A stretch of DNA of 46,351 bases from Chthonomonadaceae bacterium (GCA_035650735.1 DASRGZ010000224.1:62001-108351), one strand, 5' to 3'. Positions 16,921-26,982 are shown, counted from the stretch's first letter. A program made the numbers and translations. Notes: generated from the letters alone by a model not told the origin.

Positions 16921-18921
16921 CTAGTCCGTCTTCTTCGGGCGACCAATCTTGACCAGCACTGCGCCGTGCGCCGGAACCTGGACGGAGTACTTGCCCTCCG
17001 CCGTGCCCACGTTCTTGTGCAGCCAGAGGTCGCGCACCGGCTGGCGTCCGTGCAGGCCCAGGTCCTCCCAATTCGCCGTCACGACCGCTGGCTCCGTGCC
17101 GTTGTTCAGCAGGCCGACTGCCGTCGTGCCGTCCCAGAGGGGCCGCGCCCAGACCTCCAGCATGCCGTTCCGGCTGCGGCGGCCCGCCGGCTTGCCCAGC
17201 GGGTCCTGATTGATCTCCAGCGCCTCATCGTTGGAGAGCAGGGCGAGCGTGAAGTTGTCTAGGCGGGACATATCGCACCCGATGAGCAGCGGCGAGGAGA
17301 ACAGGCACCACATGGAGATATGAAGTAGCTGCTCGTTGGGCGTCAGATGGCTCGGATGCGGGCTGCCCCACCCTACGCGCCCCACAACCAGCATATCGGG
17401 ATCGTTCCAGTGGCCCGGCCCGGCGTACTTCTCGTGACCGTCCTGGCTGGTATAGATGCCGTAGAGGCTGCCCCAACTGTCGTTGATGTCGCCGGTGGTG
17501 CGCCAACAGTTGCCGCCGACCTGCGCGCCCCACTCCCAGACGTTGCCCATGCCGTACTGGCACAGGCTATAGACGATGTCCCGGTCGGCTTTGTCCAGCG
17601 CGTCGCGCATCACGCGGTAGGGCTTTTGGAGTTCGGCCAGGCTGTTATCCTGGGCTATCCCGCCATAGGAGCACCAATCGTATTTCAGGTAGTCAATGCC
17701 CCATTTGGCGTAGGTTTTGGCGTCCTGCTCCTCATGCTGATAGCTGCCCTCATAGCCGCCGCAGGTCTTGGGGCCGGGCGAGGAGTAGATGCCCAGCTTC
17801 AGGCCCTTGCTATGGACGTAGTCGGCCAGCGCCTTCATGTTTGGAAATTTCTCATTGGTCTGGATTTCGCCGTGCGCGTCGCGGCCTGCCTCCCAGGTAT
17901 CGTCAATGTTGACGTACTGGAAGCCGTGCGCGGCCAGCCCGCTCTTGACCATTGCATCGGCGGCGGCCCGCACCTTCTCGGCATCCACCGCGCCCGCCCA
18001 GACGTTCCAGGAGTTCCAGCCCATCGGCGGGGTGAGCGCCAGCTTGTGATCGCCGCCCACGATGGTCAGCTTGCGGCGGGCCGTGCCGCGCGGCCCGCGC
18101 ACCGTTAGCTCTACGATGGTCGTGCCCGGCTGCTCCAGCGCGCCGCTAAGAATGCCCGTGTGTGAATCGAGCTTCAGCCCGGCGGGCAGGTTCCGGGCCG
18201 CATAGGTCAACGGGCCTTCGCCGGTTGCCGGAATCAGGAATAGGAACGGCCTGCCGGGCGTCGCGCCGACGATACGCGGGCCATGAATGGCGGGACGGGG
18301 ATCGGGCGGGGGAATGACCATGCGCGGCGGCTCTACCGGCGCCGTTTCGGCGACCGGCCTGGCGGTCGCGCCGGGTGCCAGCAGCAGCATCGCCCCCGCC
18401 CAGTCCGCATGATCGTTCTCAAAGCCATCGCCCGCATCGCCCACGCGCAGCGTCAGGCGTTTGGCGCCCTTCAGATCCGCCGAGAGCAGCTTGGGCGAGT
18501 CGCCTCCGCGCATCACGCCGCTCTCCGCCGCCTTCCTGCCGTCCACCCAGACCTCAAACGTCACCGAGCCCGCCCCAGCCCTCTCGTCGTCCACGCCGAC
18601 CAGAGACAGGAACTTCTCTGCCGCGCCCTTGAGGTTGACCCGAAACTCGCTGATCGCATGGGTGCCGATGCCGTGCGGGTACGTCACTCCCTTGAGCGTC
18701 AGCGGATTGTTGTCCACCGACCGGCCCGCGTGCGGCCCACCCCAGCCCTGCTGTATCGTGCTCAGGTCGAGCGTGTCCAGCCACAGGCCGTTGGCGGGCG
18801 GCTCGGCGGCGCGCAGCATACTTTCCTCCTGCGCTAGACCGGGCCGAAATGCGGCCAACGTCAGTACCAGCGCCGCCGCCAGCGCCCCCATTCCTAGCCA
18901 CCGTGTCCTGCTCTTGCTCAC
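16921..18921 (-). CDS. Secreted GH27 alpha-galactosidase with NPCBM and Ig-like domains
   Basis: TPPMGWNSWN, NIDDTW, DYLKYDWC, WRTTGDI, WNDPDML; N-terminal NPCBM (GIGTHA, DHADWAGA). Confidence 0.93.
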   Translation of the reverse strand: MSKSRTRWLGMGALAAALVLTLAAFRPGLAQEESMLRAAEPPANGLWLDTLDLSTIQQGWGGPHAGRSVDNNPLTLKGVTYPHGIGTHAISEFRVNLKGAAEKFLSLVGVDDERAGAGSVTFEVWVDGRKAAESGVMRGGDSPKLLSADLKGAKRLTLRVGDAGDGFENDHADWAGAMLLLAPGATARPVAETAPVEPPRMVIPPPDPRPAIHGPRIVGATPGRPFLFLIPATGEGPLTYAARNLPAGLKLDSHTGILSGALEQPGTTIVELTVRGPRGTARRKLTIVGGDHKLALTPPMGWNSWNVWAGAVDAEKVRAAADAMVKSGLAAHGFQYVNIDDTWEAGRDAHGEIQTNEKFPNMKALADYVHSKGLKLGIYSSPGPKTCGGYEGSYQHEEQDAKTYAKWGIDYLKYDWCSYGGIAQDNSLAELQKPYRVMRDALDKADRDIVYSLCQYGMGNVWEWGAQVGGNCWRTTGDINDSWGSLYGIYTSQDGHEKYAGPGHWNDPDMLVVGRVGWGSPHPSHLTPNEQLLHISMWCLFSSPLLIGCDMSRLDNFTLALLSNDEALEINQDPLGKPAGRRSRNGMLEVWARPLWDGTTAVGLLNNGTEPAVVTANWEDLGLHGRQPVRDLWLHKNVGTAEGKYSVQVPAHGAVLVKIGRPKKTD

Positions 18922-20723
18922 TTTTTTTCGCCCTCCGTCTTGCCACTCGGCGCTTGCTGGATGCGTTCCAGGAACTTCGCCACCGGCTCGCCTTCCCGCA
19001 CCTGACCGATATGATACCGCGTCAGCTTCTCGGTCACGCGCCGGGCCAGTTCCTCGCGCGTCCCCGCATCTTTCGCACGCATTAGCTGCACGTACTCCAG
19101 CGCCAGGCGAGCGCGCTGCACCTGATCCAGCGCCACCGGATCCTCGGCAACCGCCTTTTCGGCGGCGTCAAACAGCTGCACGCCCTCCGCCAGCGTGGTA
19201 TCGGAGAGATAGGGCGCGGTCGGCGGATCGTAGATATGAACATGGACGTTCCTGGCGCGCACGTCCGCGTGCATCAGATCGAGCCAACGCTGGATGTAGG
19301 GCGCGGCTTTGCCGTAGACGCCCTCCAGAAAGTCGGCGATGATGGGCTTCGGATCGCGGTCCGGGTTCCACATCAGCTTCGCCATCAGGTAGGCTTTGAG
19401 TTCCGACATCTCCCCGCCGCCGCCGGGCGCATAGTCGCCTTCATAGAACAAGCCGACGACGCCATGCTGCTTAAACAGAGGAATATCCCCGGCGATCTCG
19501 TCCAGGTCGGGCAGCGGTTGCAGGTAGTTGGCGAAGTTGGTGCTGTAGTGCCAGATATAGAGCTGGTCGGTGATCTTGGACCAGGCGGCCAGGTTCTCGA
19601 AAACGTGCTTGTTCGCGTCACACTTATCCATCGGATGGCCGACGCACGCGCCGATGGGGGCCAGGCGAATGCGGACGTTGGGGCGCGGCTTGGTCAGCTT
19701 CGGCGGGTCCTCCGACCACTGATAGGCCAGCGTGTCAATCAGGACGTGCGGATACTCTTTTGCAATCGCGTCGGCGACCGCGTTGACGAAGCGCAGCAGC
19801 GGTCCGGAGGGCGCGCCCTCCTCACGCTCCACCGCCTTGCAGTTGTCGCACTGGCAGTTGTTGTAGGTATCGTTCTGCGACACCGAAAAGATGGTCGCCG
19901 TCGGGTTCTCCTTGATCCACTGCTTGACCTTCTCAATCGTAATGCGCAGCACGTCCGGGTTGGTCAGGCAAAGCTGATAGTAGCCCTTCATCCGCTTGCC
20001 GTTGATGAGCGAGAAGTACTCCGGGTGCGTGTCGTAGTAGACATCCGGGGGCACGAGCTCGTTGAAGGTATGGACGAACTTGCCGTAGCTCACCTTCCCC
20101 CCAACCGACTCATCCAGACGCTGGCCGTTGCCGTTGGTGCGATTGCGCACGGCCCAGTCCCTATCAAAAGCCTCGGTGTAGTACGGCTCGCGGTACTCAA
20201 AGGCGGGCTTCTCGCGCATGTCTAGCGGCCCGACGGTGATTGTTCTGCGCTTCGGAATCTTGCTGATGCGGGGCGTGAACCAGCGGCAGCCCAGCACATC
20301 CTCCAGAAAGGCGTAGCAGCCGTAGAGCGCGCCCCGCTTGCCCCCGCCGGAGATGACCAGGCGCGGCGGCTCCGTGTGGATACGGAACTCCTCTTCGCCC
20401 AGACGCGGCCCCTCGCCCCGGCCCGCCAGAACGTTGGCATCGGCAATGACGATCAGATGGCTCGGCAGATCCGACGCGCCTGCCTCCGGCTCCAGAATCG
20501 GCAGCTTTGCGCCGGACATCTGACGAAGGAATTGCTGTAGCTCCTCCGCGCCGTGCCGCATGGCTGGGGTCGCGCCCGGCGCCAGCAGAATGGCATAAGC
20601 GCTTTTGCCGTTCTTGACCAGCGTGATCTGCTGCCCGGCGGCAGGCGTGAGTGCGGCCAAGAGCAAGCCCAGCGTTAACCAAAAGAGTGCCATTACGAAA
20701 CTCGCTTTTCCCTGCGTTACCAT
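18918..20723 (-). CDS. DUF4838 domain secreted protein (putative glycoside hydrolase)
   Basis: GALYGCYAFLEDVLGCRWF, PAFEYR, HPEYFSL, QLCLTNP, TLAYQ, AKLMWNP. Confidence 0.8.
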   Translation of the reverse strand: MVTQGKASFVMALFWLTLGLLLAALTPAAGQQITLVKNGKSAYAILLAPGATPAMRHGAEELQQFLRQMSGAKLPILEPEAGASDLPSHLIVIADANVLAGRGEGPRLGEEEFRIHTEPPRLVISGGGKRGALYGCYAFLEDVLGCRWFTPRISKIPKRRTITVGPLDMREKPAFEYREPYYTEAFDRDWAVRNRTNGNGQRLDESVGGKVSYGKFVHTFNELVPPDVYYDTHPEYFSLINGKRMKGYYQLCLTNPDVLRITIEKVKQWIKENPTATIFSVSQNDTYNNCQCDNCKAVEREEGAPSGPLLRFVNAVADAIAKEYPHVLIDTLAYQWSEDPPKLTKPRPNVRIRLAPIGACVGHPMDKCDANKHVFENLAAWSKITDQLYIWHYSTNFANYLQPLPDLDEIAGDIPLFKQHGVVGLFYEGDYAPGGGGEMSELKAYLMAKLMWNPDRDPKPIIADFLEGVYGKAAPYIQRWLDLMHADVRARNVHVHIYDPPTAPYLSDTTLAEGVQLFDAAEKAVAEDPVALDQVQRARLALEYVQLMRAKDAGTREELARRVTEKLTRYHIGQVREGEPVAKFLERIQQAPSGKTEGEKK

Positions 20724-21973
20724 GGGCTAGTCTGATACTCCTTCCAGACGCGCTTATAGACCTCGGCGGTCTGCGCGGCGATGCGATCCCAGTTGAAGAC
20801 GGTCTTGACGCGCTCGTAGGCGCGGTCGGCCATCTCACGGGCGAACTGTGGATTGTGCAGCACGCGCAGCAGGCCCCAGGCCAGGCTGTCGCTGTTGTTG
20901 AGCCAGGTTACGGTGCCGGTCACGTCCGGCGTGACAATCTCCGCCAATCCGCCCGCATCCGAGACGACGACGGGGGTATGCGCAGCCATCGCCTCCAGCG
21001 CCACAATGCCAAACGGCTCATACAGGCTGGGGAAGCAGGCGATATCGGCCACTTTGTAGAGGCGCAGCAGGATATCGTCCGCCACGAACCCGGTGAAATA
21101 GACGTGCTGCCCTACCCCCAGCGCGTTGGCCTGATCCACCAGATGCTGCCGGTAGCCTCCGCCTGCGATGACCAGCTTGGCGTCATGGTAGCTGGCGCGC
21201 ACCTTCGGCAGCGCGTCAATGAGCACCTGCGCGCCCTTCTCGCGCACGCCCCGCCCGACGAACAGGATGATCTTTTCGTTGGGCGCGGCGTAGGTGGCGC
21301 GGAACGCGGCGGCCTCGCCGGGCGGGAAATCGAAATCGAATTTCTCGGCATGAACCCCGTTATAGATGATGTCTATCTTATCGGAAGGGGCGTTCAGGGC
21401 GTACTCCACCTCGCCCTTCATGAACCCGGAGCAGACGATGATCCGCCACGCCTCCGTCACCAGGTTGACCTCAATACCGTTGATGTAGCGGGACAGATCG
21501 TTGTGGATGCCGTTATTGCGGCCAAACTCGGTCGCGTGGATGGTCGCCACCAGGGGCAGCTTGAAGGCGTGCTTGAGCTCGACTCCGGCGAAGTAGGCCA
21601 GCCAATCGTGCGCGTGCAGGAGGATAGCATCCTTCTCAGAAAGCGTCTTGGGATCGATGAGGGAACCGGGACGGCTCGGATCGGCCAGCCAGTCGCGGCA
21701 GAGGGCATGGGCGCGGTCGCGCATGGCCGCGTTAAGTTGATGCACCCAGTGGACAAAATCCTTGTGCCCGCCGGGAGCATCGTAGGGCACGACGCGATGA
21801 ATGTGCACGCCGTTATAGGTCTCCTCGGCGGGCGCGCCGGGAAATTCGCAGGTGACGACGTGGACTTCCATGTCGGGCCGCTTCGCCAGCGCCCAGGACA
21901 GCTCTTCGACGTGTCGGGCGATCCCGCCGACAATCTTGGGCGGATACTCCCAAGATAGCATTAAAACGCGCAT
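20717..21973 (-). CDS. GT4 glycosyltransferase
   Basis: LSWEYPPKIVGGIARHV, HAHDWL, TIHATE, PSLYEPFGIVALEAMA. Confidence 0.93.
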   Translation of the reverse strand: MRVLMLSWEYPPKIVGGIARHVEELSWALAKRPDMEVHVVTCEFPGAPAEETYNGVHIHRVVPYDAPGGHKDFVHWVHQLNAAMRDRAHALCRDWLADPSRPGSLIDPKTLSEKDAILLHAHDWLAYFAGVELKHAFKLPLVATIHATEFGRNNGIHNDLSRYINGIEVNLVTEAWRIIVCSGFMKGEVEYALNAPSDKIDIIYNGVHAEKFDFDFPPGEAAAFRATYAAPNEKIILFVGRGVREKGAQVLIDALPKVRASYHDAKLVIAGGGYRQHLVDQANALGVGQHVYFTGFVADDILLRLYKVADIACFPSLYEPFGIVALEAMAAHTPVVVSDAGGLAEIVTPDVTGTVTWLNNSDSLAWGLLRVLHNPQFAREMADRAYERVKTVFNWDRIAAQTAEVYKRVWKEYQTSPW

Positions 21974-22081
21974 TCTCGCTCCTTCCGCAAACGGACGTTC
22001 GCCTATAGCGTCGGTAGTTTCGACGCCTCCGACGCCGCCTCCTTCCCTAAAGAGAGTCCTGGCTGGAACCCAGCGAGGACT

Positions 22082-23356
22082 CTAAAAGTGATCGGGAGCG
22101 GGCAGGAAGGGCGTGCGGCGCGGGAAGAGCCGGGCCATGCGCTCGAGGGCGCGCGGCGTGGAGGCGCGCAGCAGGCCGAGCGCGCAGGCATCCTCCCCGC
22201 TCAGGCGCCCTACGATCACCTGCGACCAGGCGCCGACCTCTCCCTCAACGCGGTCGGGCCGGGCTGAGAGCGCCGCCGCCTCAACCTCGCGAACCTGCGG
22301 CTTACCGCTTCCCGTGCCGACAATCAGCGCTGCCGCCGTGCCGGAGGCGGACAGCGGATCGTGCATCACGAGGGCCAGCGTGCCGTGGAACCCGGCCCAA
22401 TTGGGCCGCAGCGCCTCCAGCGCGCGCCCCAGGTTAATGACGCGCGTCATCACGGAGGGCACGATATCCACGCTTGCCAGAGAATCCTTGCCGGACGCTA
22501 TCCCCGGCTGCAACAGGCCGCCATCGGCCAGGTCTTCCCAGGTGGAGGCGTACTCGATGCATCCCACTCGCGTTTGCGCGGCCAGGTGGCCGACCAGTCC
22601 GCGCCGGGCAGCCGGAGTGCCCACGCACATCTCCAGCACGCGCAGCGAGAGGGGCAGAGGCATGCCCCCCACCATGCCTTCCTCGCCTCCCAGCGTGCCG
22701 GGCCGAAACTCGTAGAGCAGATAGCCCTCCACCGTACTCTTGTCCGGCGAATAGACCACGCGCTGCTTGATATGATCCAGAATATATTGCCAGCGCCGGG
22801 CATCCCGCAGGCAGCGCAGAGTCTGGCCGCGCGAGGCGGCGTCGTAGAGACGCTGGAGATGGGGAATATCCTCCGGGCGGGCCAGGCGCACGTACCGCGC
22901 CTCGGGATAGGCAAAGAGGTTGGCGGGGGCGGTCAGGTAGCGGTGCGCAAATCCGGCCAGTTCCCAGCCGAACTTGCGGTAGTAGTCATACGCGAAAGGA
23001 AACAGCGCCGAGAGCGCATAGCCGCGCTCGTCCAGCGTGCGGAGGGTGGCGGCCAGCAGGCAGCCCGCATAGCCGCGCCGTCGCAGCGCCGGAGCGGTCG
23101 CCACCCCGGCGATACCTCCCAGGCGCGCGACGCCGAAGCCCAGCCAGCAAGCCGCCTCCACGATGGTCAGACAGGAGGCGATCTGCCCGTTCACGCGCAG
23201 CACGCGCTTGTTCTCGATGGCAAAGTAGGGGTCGTCATAGAAGACTTCGCGGGCGGCATCAAATGGCAAGCCGAACGACTCGCACATAATGCCGAGCATC
23301 GTATCTAGCTCTTCGGGCCGCACCGCCCCGATCTCAATCGCTTCTCCTGCTCCCAT
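22082..23356 (-). CDS. Eis-like GNAT acetyltransferase with C-terminal SCP2-like domain
   Basis: GGIAGVATAPALRRRGYA, SALFPFAYDYYRKFGWE. Confidence 0.85.
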   Translation of the reverse strand: MGAGEAIEIGAVRPEELDTMLGIMCESFGLPFDAAREVFYDDPYFAIENKRVLRVNGQIASCLTIVEAACWLGFGVARLGGIAGVATAPALRRRGYAGCLLAATLRTLDERGYALSALFPFAYDYYRKFGWELAGFAHRYLTAPANLFAYPEARYVRLARPEDIPHLQRLYDAASRGQTLRCLRDARRWQYILDHIKQRVVYSPDKSTVEGYLLYEFRPGTLGGEEGMVGGMPLPLSLRVLEMCVGTPAARRGLVGHLAAQTRVGCIEYASTWEDLADGGLLQPGIASGKDSLASVDIVPSVMTRVINLGRALEALRPNWAGFHGTLALVMHDPLSASGTAAALIVGTGSGKPQVREVEAAALSARPDRVEGEVGAWSQVIVGRLSGEDACALGLLRASTPRALERMARLFPRRTPFLPAPDHF

Positions 23357-23493
23357 CCTTCCCTCTCGCTCTGATCGTCCTCTGCATGGGCCTGCCAACA
23401 GTGTACCTCAGGGCCGCGCCCACCGCTTTGCAAGCCCACAAAATTGGGGTATCCTGTTTTCTAATTCACCGGCTGGCAAAGGAGACAAAACAG

Positions 23494-24417
23494 ATGGGAA
23501 TGGAGGCGCTGCGCAGGCGAATTGCGGGCATTGTGGGCCGCGTCGAGGGGATTATGGGCGTGGCCGTGCGCGACGTGGAGACGGGAGAAGAGATCGGCAT
23601 CCGGGCGGACGAGCCGTTCCCGATGGCGAGCGTCTGCAAGACGCCGATATTGGTCGAGGCGTACCGCCGTGCGGAGTCCGGAACCCTTTCCCTGGATAAG
23701 CGCGTGGAGATTAGCCGCGCGACACGCACCTTCGGCAGCGGCCTCTTCAACTTCTTCGACGAGGGCCTAACCCCCACCGTGCGTGATCTGATCCTGATGA
23801 TGATCGTCGTCTCCGATAACGCGGCGACCGACCTCGTGCTCAAGGAGTTGGGAGGGCCGGCGGCGGTCACGGAGGCGATGCGGCAGTTGGGCTTGCCCGC
23901 CATCCATCTGGACCGCACCATCCGCCAGCTTCTCGCCGACATCTACGCAGCCATCGACTCCCGCACCTGCGACCTCGACTACTTTGCGCTGGAAGCCCTG
24001 CGTACCGAGGATAGCGAACTCGCCGCCAAACTCCGCGACCCGGAGGCTGCGCGGGCCGGCATCCGCGCGGCCACGCAAGGGCGCGACACGGCCACGCCCC
24101 GCGACATCGCCCGCCTTTATGCCCAGATCGCCCGCAACGAGTGCGCCTCGCCCGACTCCTGCGCCGCCATCCTCCAGACCCTGGAGCGCCAGCAGCTTAA
24201 GGGCCGCCTGCCGCGCGAATTGCCGCCCTATACGCGCTTTGCCCATAAAACCGGCTCGCTCGGCCCCGGCACCGTCTGCAACGATTCGGGACTGCTGTTT
24301 GTCGGCGATCACCCTATCGCCATCGCCGTCTTCAGCCGCGAGGTCGTTCAGCCGCCCGCCGCCACGAACACGGCCATCGCGCGCATTGGCCGCGCCGTCT
24401 ATGAGCACTTCGCCTGA
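23494..24417 (+). CDS. Class A beta-lactamase-like serine hydrolase
   Basis: FPMASVCK (SxxK), SDN, HKTG; no signal peptide. Confidence 0.85.
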   Translation: MGMEALRRRIAGIVGRVEGIMGVAVRDVETGEEIGIRADEPFPMASVCKTPILVEAYRRAESGTLSLDKRVEISRATRTFGSGLFNFFDEGLTPTVRDLILMMIVVSDNAATDLVLKELGGPAAVTEAMRQLGLPAIHLDRTIRQLLADIYAAIDSRTCDLDYFALEALRTEDSELAAKLRDPEAARAGIRAATQGRDTATPRDIARLYAQIARNECASPDSCAAILQTLERQQLKGRLPRELPPYTRFAHKTGSLGPGTVCNDSGLLFVGDHPIAIAVFSREVVQPPAATNTAIARIGRAVYEHFA

Positions 24418-24597
24418 GGCATGGCGGGCAGGACGCGGCGCAGAAAGCAGGCAAGAAAAAATCCGTAGAAGTTCGTGGAGCAGGTTTCACCAGGGTGGTT
24501 GAAAACCAGCGATTGTTTCCAATCGCGGCATCGGGTGTGTAGGCTCCCACGGTCAGGCTACGGATATACAGAATTATAAGGCAGAAGGGCTTGGTTG

Positions 24598-25245
24598 TCA
24601 AGCTTCGAATTCAAACGGCTGGATAGCAAAATCGCCGAGCGTCACCGTGTAGCTGCGCTGTTCCTGGCGGGCCGTAAACGCGACGAGAACCTCGCAGGCG
24701 ATGGAGACCGCCAGCGTGACCAGGTTGCGGGCCAGCGGATAGTCGCAAACGTCTTCTCGCCCTGCCGAGGGAACGCGGTAGATCTCGTTCCAGAGGATCT
24801 CGGCGTAGTCGCCCGCCAGCCCGACATGCAGGCACGGCAAGTTCAAGCTTGTGCAGCAATCCTTGATAATCTGCCGGGAGCGGCTGTTGTCAAAGGTGTC
24901 CACGACCAGGCCGCTGCCGGCCAGGAGTTTGGCCGCATTGGCTGCCGTTAGCTCCTCGGCACGCGCCTCCACGCTCACCCCCAGCGCGCGATAGAGCGCG
25001 TTCGCCAGGATTTTGGCCTTGTACGCACCGATGTCCGAGCGATAGTAGGGCTGCGTGGAGAGATTGCGCTCCTCGATACGGTCGCGGTCAATCACCTTCA
25101 GGCAGGCAAAGCCCTGCCGGGCCAGGCTCTCCGTCAGGTTCGCGCCCAACGCCCCGGCCCCGCAGACCGTTACTGGAAACTCCCGCAGGCGCTGTATCAC
25201 CGCCGCAGAGCGATACAGGCGCTCATGGTAGAGGGCGTCACTCAT
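24598..25245 (-). CDS. ThiF/MoeB/E1-family adenylyltransferase
   Basis: VCGAGALG, IDRDRIEERNLSTQ, DIGAYKA, VVDTFDNSRSR. ATG 25245 overlaps the upstream stop (ATGAGTGA). Confidence 0.9.
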   Translation of the reverse strand: MSDALYHERLYRSAAVIQRLREFPVTVCGAGALGANLTESLARQGFACLKVIDRDRIEERNLSTQPYYRSDIGAYKAKILANALYRALGVSVEARAEELTAANAAKLLAGSGLVVDTFDNSRSRQIIKDCCTSLNLPCLHVGLAGDYAEILWNEIYRVPSAGREDVCDYPLARNLVTLAVSIACEVLVAFTARQEQRSYTVTLGDFAIQPFEFEA

Positions 25246-26095
25246 CCCAATTGCCTTCAAATTGCCCTTGCATCACGCCGACCAGGGATTGCAGGTCGAA
25301 CTTTCGATCTTCGCCGCTCAGGCAGATGCCGGAGCTGATGACGGCCAGGTCGCGCTTGCCGATGGCGGAGCGGTGCTGCTGGCCGTCGCGCGTGGTCCAA
25401 TCCACCAGCCAGTAGTCGCCCCGGTCGTCAAATTCGCGCAGCGCGCCTCCGGCCATCTCCAGCGCCCGGCGCAATCGGGCCTCATCGCGCCGGGGCTGCA
25501 TCAAGGCGGCAAACTCCGCCGCTTGCTGCGCGGCCAGGTCGTAGGCGGTACGCATTTCGGGCGTAAGGCCCTTAAAGCGCAGGGCTTCCGGCAGAGTAAC
25601 CTGCTTTAAGGCTTCCCGCAGCCTGTCGGCGATCTGCGGGTCGGCGCGGCGGTCTATCTCCTCAAACCACCACGCCTGCCCGTCGCCCCGCACGACGGCC
25701 TGCTCGAATCTCTGGCCCTCCATCACCAGATGCACCGGAAACGGCCTGGCCGCGTCTATACGCTGCCGCGCGTCCCCCTCGTTGGCCGGATAGGCGAGCC
25801 AGGTCTGGCTCTTCAAGCGATAGGCCAGCCGCACGCGCAGGGGCAAGAGTCGCCGCAGATATTCCGCCACGAGCGGCAGATCGGCCTCTTCCACCACCTG
25901 CGCCGTCTTCCCCTCGGCAGGTCGGAACAGGCCCCACCCCTCAAATTCGGGCGGATGCGGCGTAAACGTCTGCACCAGCCCCATAATGCGGGCGCGCACC
26001 TTGCCGCCGCGCACGCAGGGCGCCAAAAAGGTCGTCTCGCGAAACTGCGCTTCCTGCGCCGCCACTTTTGCCAGGAGTCTGCGAATGTCGGTCAC
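25238..26095 (-). CDS. Hypothetical protein with C-terminal SGICLSG motif, overlapping the ThiF gene
   Basis: 285-aa ORF from GTG 26095 (AAAGG RBS) with an 8-nt overlap into the ThiF gene; function not recognised. Confidence 0.8.
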   Translation of the reverse strand: MTDIRRLLAKVAAQEAQFRETTFLAPCVRGGKVRARIMGLVQTFTPHPPEFEGWGLFRPAEGKTAQVVEEADLPLVAEYLRRLLPLRVRLAYRLKSQTWLAYPANEGDARQRIDAARPFPVHLVMEGQRFEQAVVRGDGQAWWFEEIDRRADPQIADRLREALKQVTLPEALRFKGLTPEMRTAYDLAAQQAAEFAALMQPRRDEARLRRALEMAGGALREFDDRGDYWLVDWTTRDGQQHRSAIGKRDLAVISSGICLSGEDRKFDLQSLVGVMQGQFEGNWDE

Positions 26096-26144
26096 GGTAT
26101 CAGCCTTTAATCCAGCGGAATATTCGCGCTTGGCGCGCACGCAC

Positions 26145-26226
26145 GGTAATCCCTCCCAACGGTGTGGACGTATCTCCTCGGCAGCAGGCTGCGTGAGATT
26201 GATCCACACGGCTGGGAGTGTCTACC
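26145..26226 (-). mobile_element. 82-bp MITE, copy A
   Basis: Near-identical to 34937-35018 and 41318-41399; imperfect 24-bp terminal inverted repeats GGTA...TACC; flanking direct repeat CGCACGCAC (26136-26144 and 26227-26235). Confidence 0.85.
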
Positions 26227-26472
26227 CGCACGCACAACTGCGCCACCAATTCTGTCGCGGTCGCCGCGCTTTGCAGGAAGGCAAAGTTGATCTCCTCCGG
26301 TTCGACTCTGGCTTCGGCAAGCACCTGGGAGATCCCTGCCTCGCTCCGGCGCATTCAGGGTCATTCAGATTTGGCCCCCACCCCCGACCCTGGCAGTGGG
26401 GACAGAGGTTGAGAGCCGTAACCGATCAATCGTATGCCAGGGGAAGGGAGGGCTTTCGGGGCGCGCACGGCT

Positions 26473-26982
26473 TCAGACGCGCGTGTAGCGCGCCTTCATA
26501 AACTCGTGCCACTCGCCGTTCTCATCCTGGCCGTACGAGGTCCGTATCCGGTAGTCCGCATCGAGGATCTCGATGACATCACGATAGTTGGCCGTCTCTC
26601 CCTCTTTCATCATGTTCGGCCCCACGCAATTCAGCGTCATGACCCTGCCGTCCGCGCTCAGTTCTCCCGTGTATTTCCACAAGTGGGACGACACCGAGGC
26701 GAACATGCATCCCCGATACTCCTTGAACGAGACGTCGTAGCCAAGCGCGGAGTAGTAGGTCATCGGAGTCCCGTCAGGCAGCGTCGCTTTTCCTTCTCCG
26801 ACTGCCCACAGGCCGCCGAGGCCTTTGACGCTTTCGGTGCCTTCCGACTTCTGCTTGGGTTGGCCGGGTGCCATCGTCATTTCCGTCTCGACGCGCCATT
26901 CGCCGACGAGCTGTTGAAGCCATTGGTGCTCCTGAACCGGCTTGGTAGCCATCTCGACGGGTTCCTGGGTTTGGGTGCTCAT
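26473..26982 (-). CDS. DUF1579 family protein
   Basis: EHQWLQQLVGEW, LGGLW, ALGYD, W.EFM pattern; AGGAG RBS. Confidence 0.8.
   Translation of the reverse strand: MSTQTQEPVEMATKPVQEHQWLQQLVGEWRVETEMTMAPGQPKQKSEGTESVKGLGGLWAVGEGKATLPDGTPMTYYSALGYDVSFKEYRGCMFASVSSHLWKYTGELSADGRVMTLNCVGPNMMKEGETANYRDVIEILDADYRIRTSYGQDENGEWHEFMKARYTRV

Noticed and set aside
15964..17262. 432-aa plus-strand ORF and similar long antisense ORFs (20651-21958, 13416-14543, 19236-20225)
   Set aside because: Shadow frames opposite well-supported genes in GC-rich DNA, with no motifs.
23494..24417. Bona fide antibiotic-resistance beta-lactamase
   Set aside because: Catalytic-fold motifs are present, but there is no signal peptide and no evident Glu166 omega-loop motif, so only a family-level call is supported.
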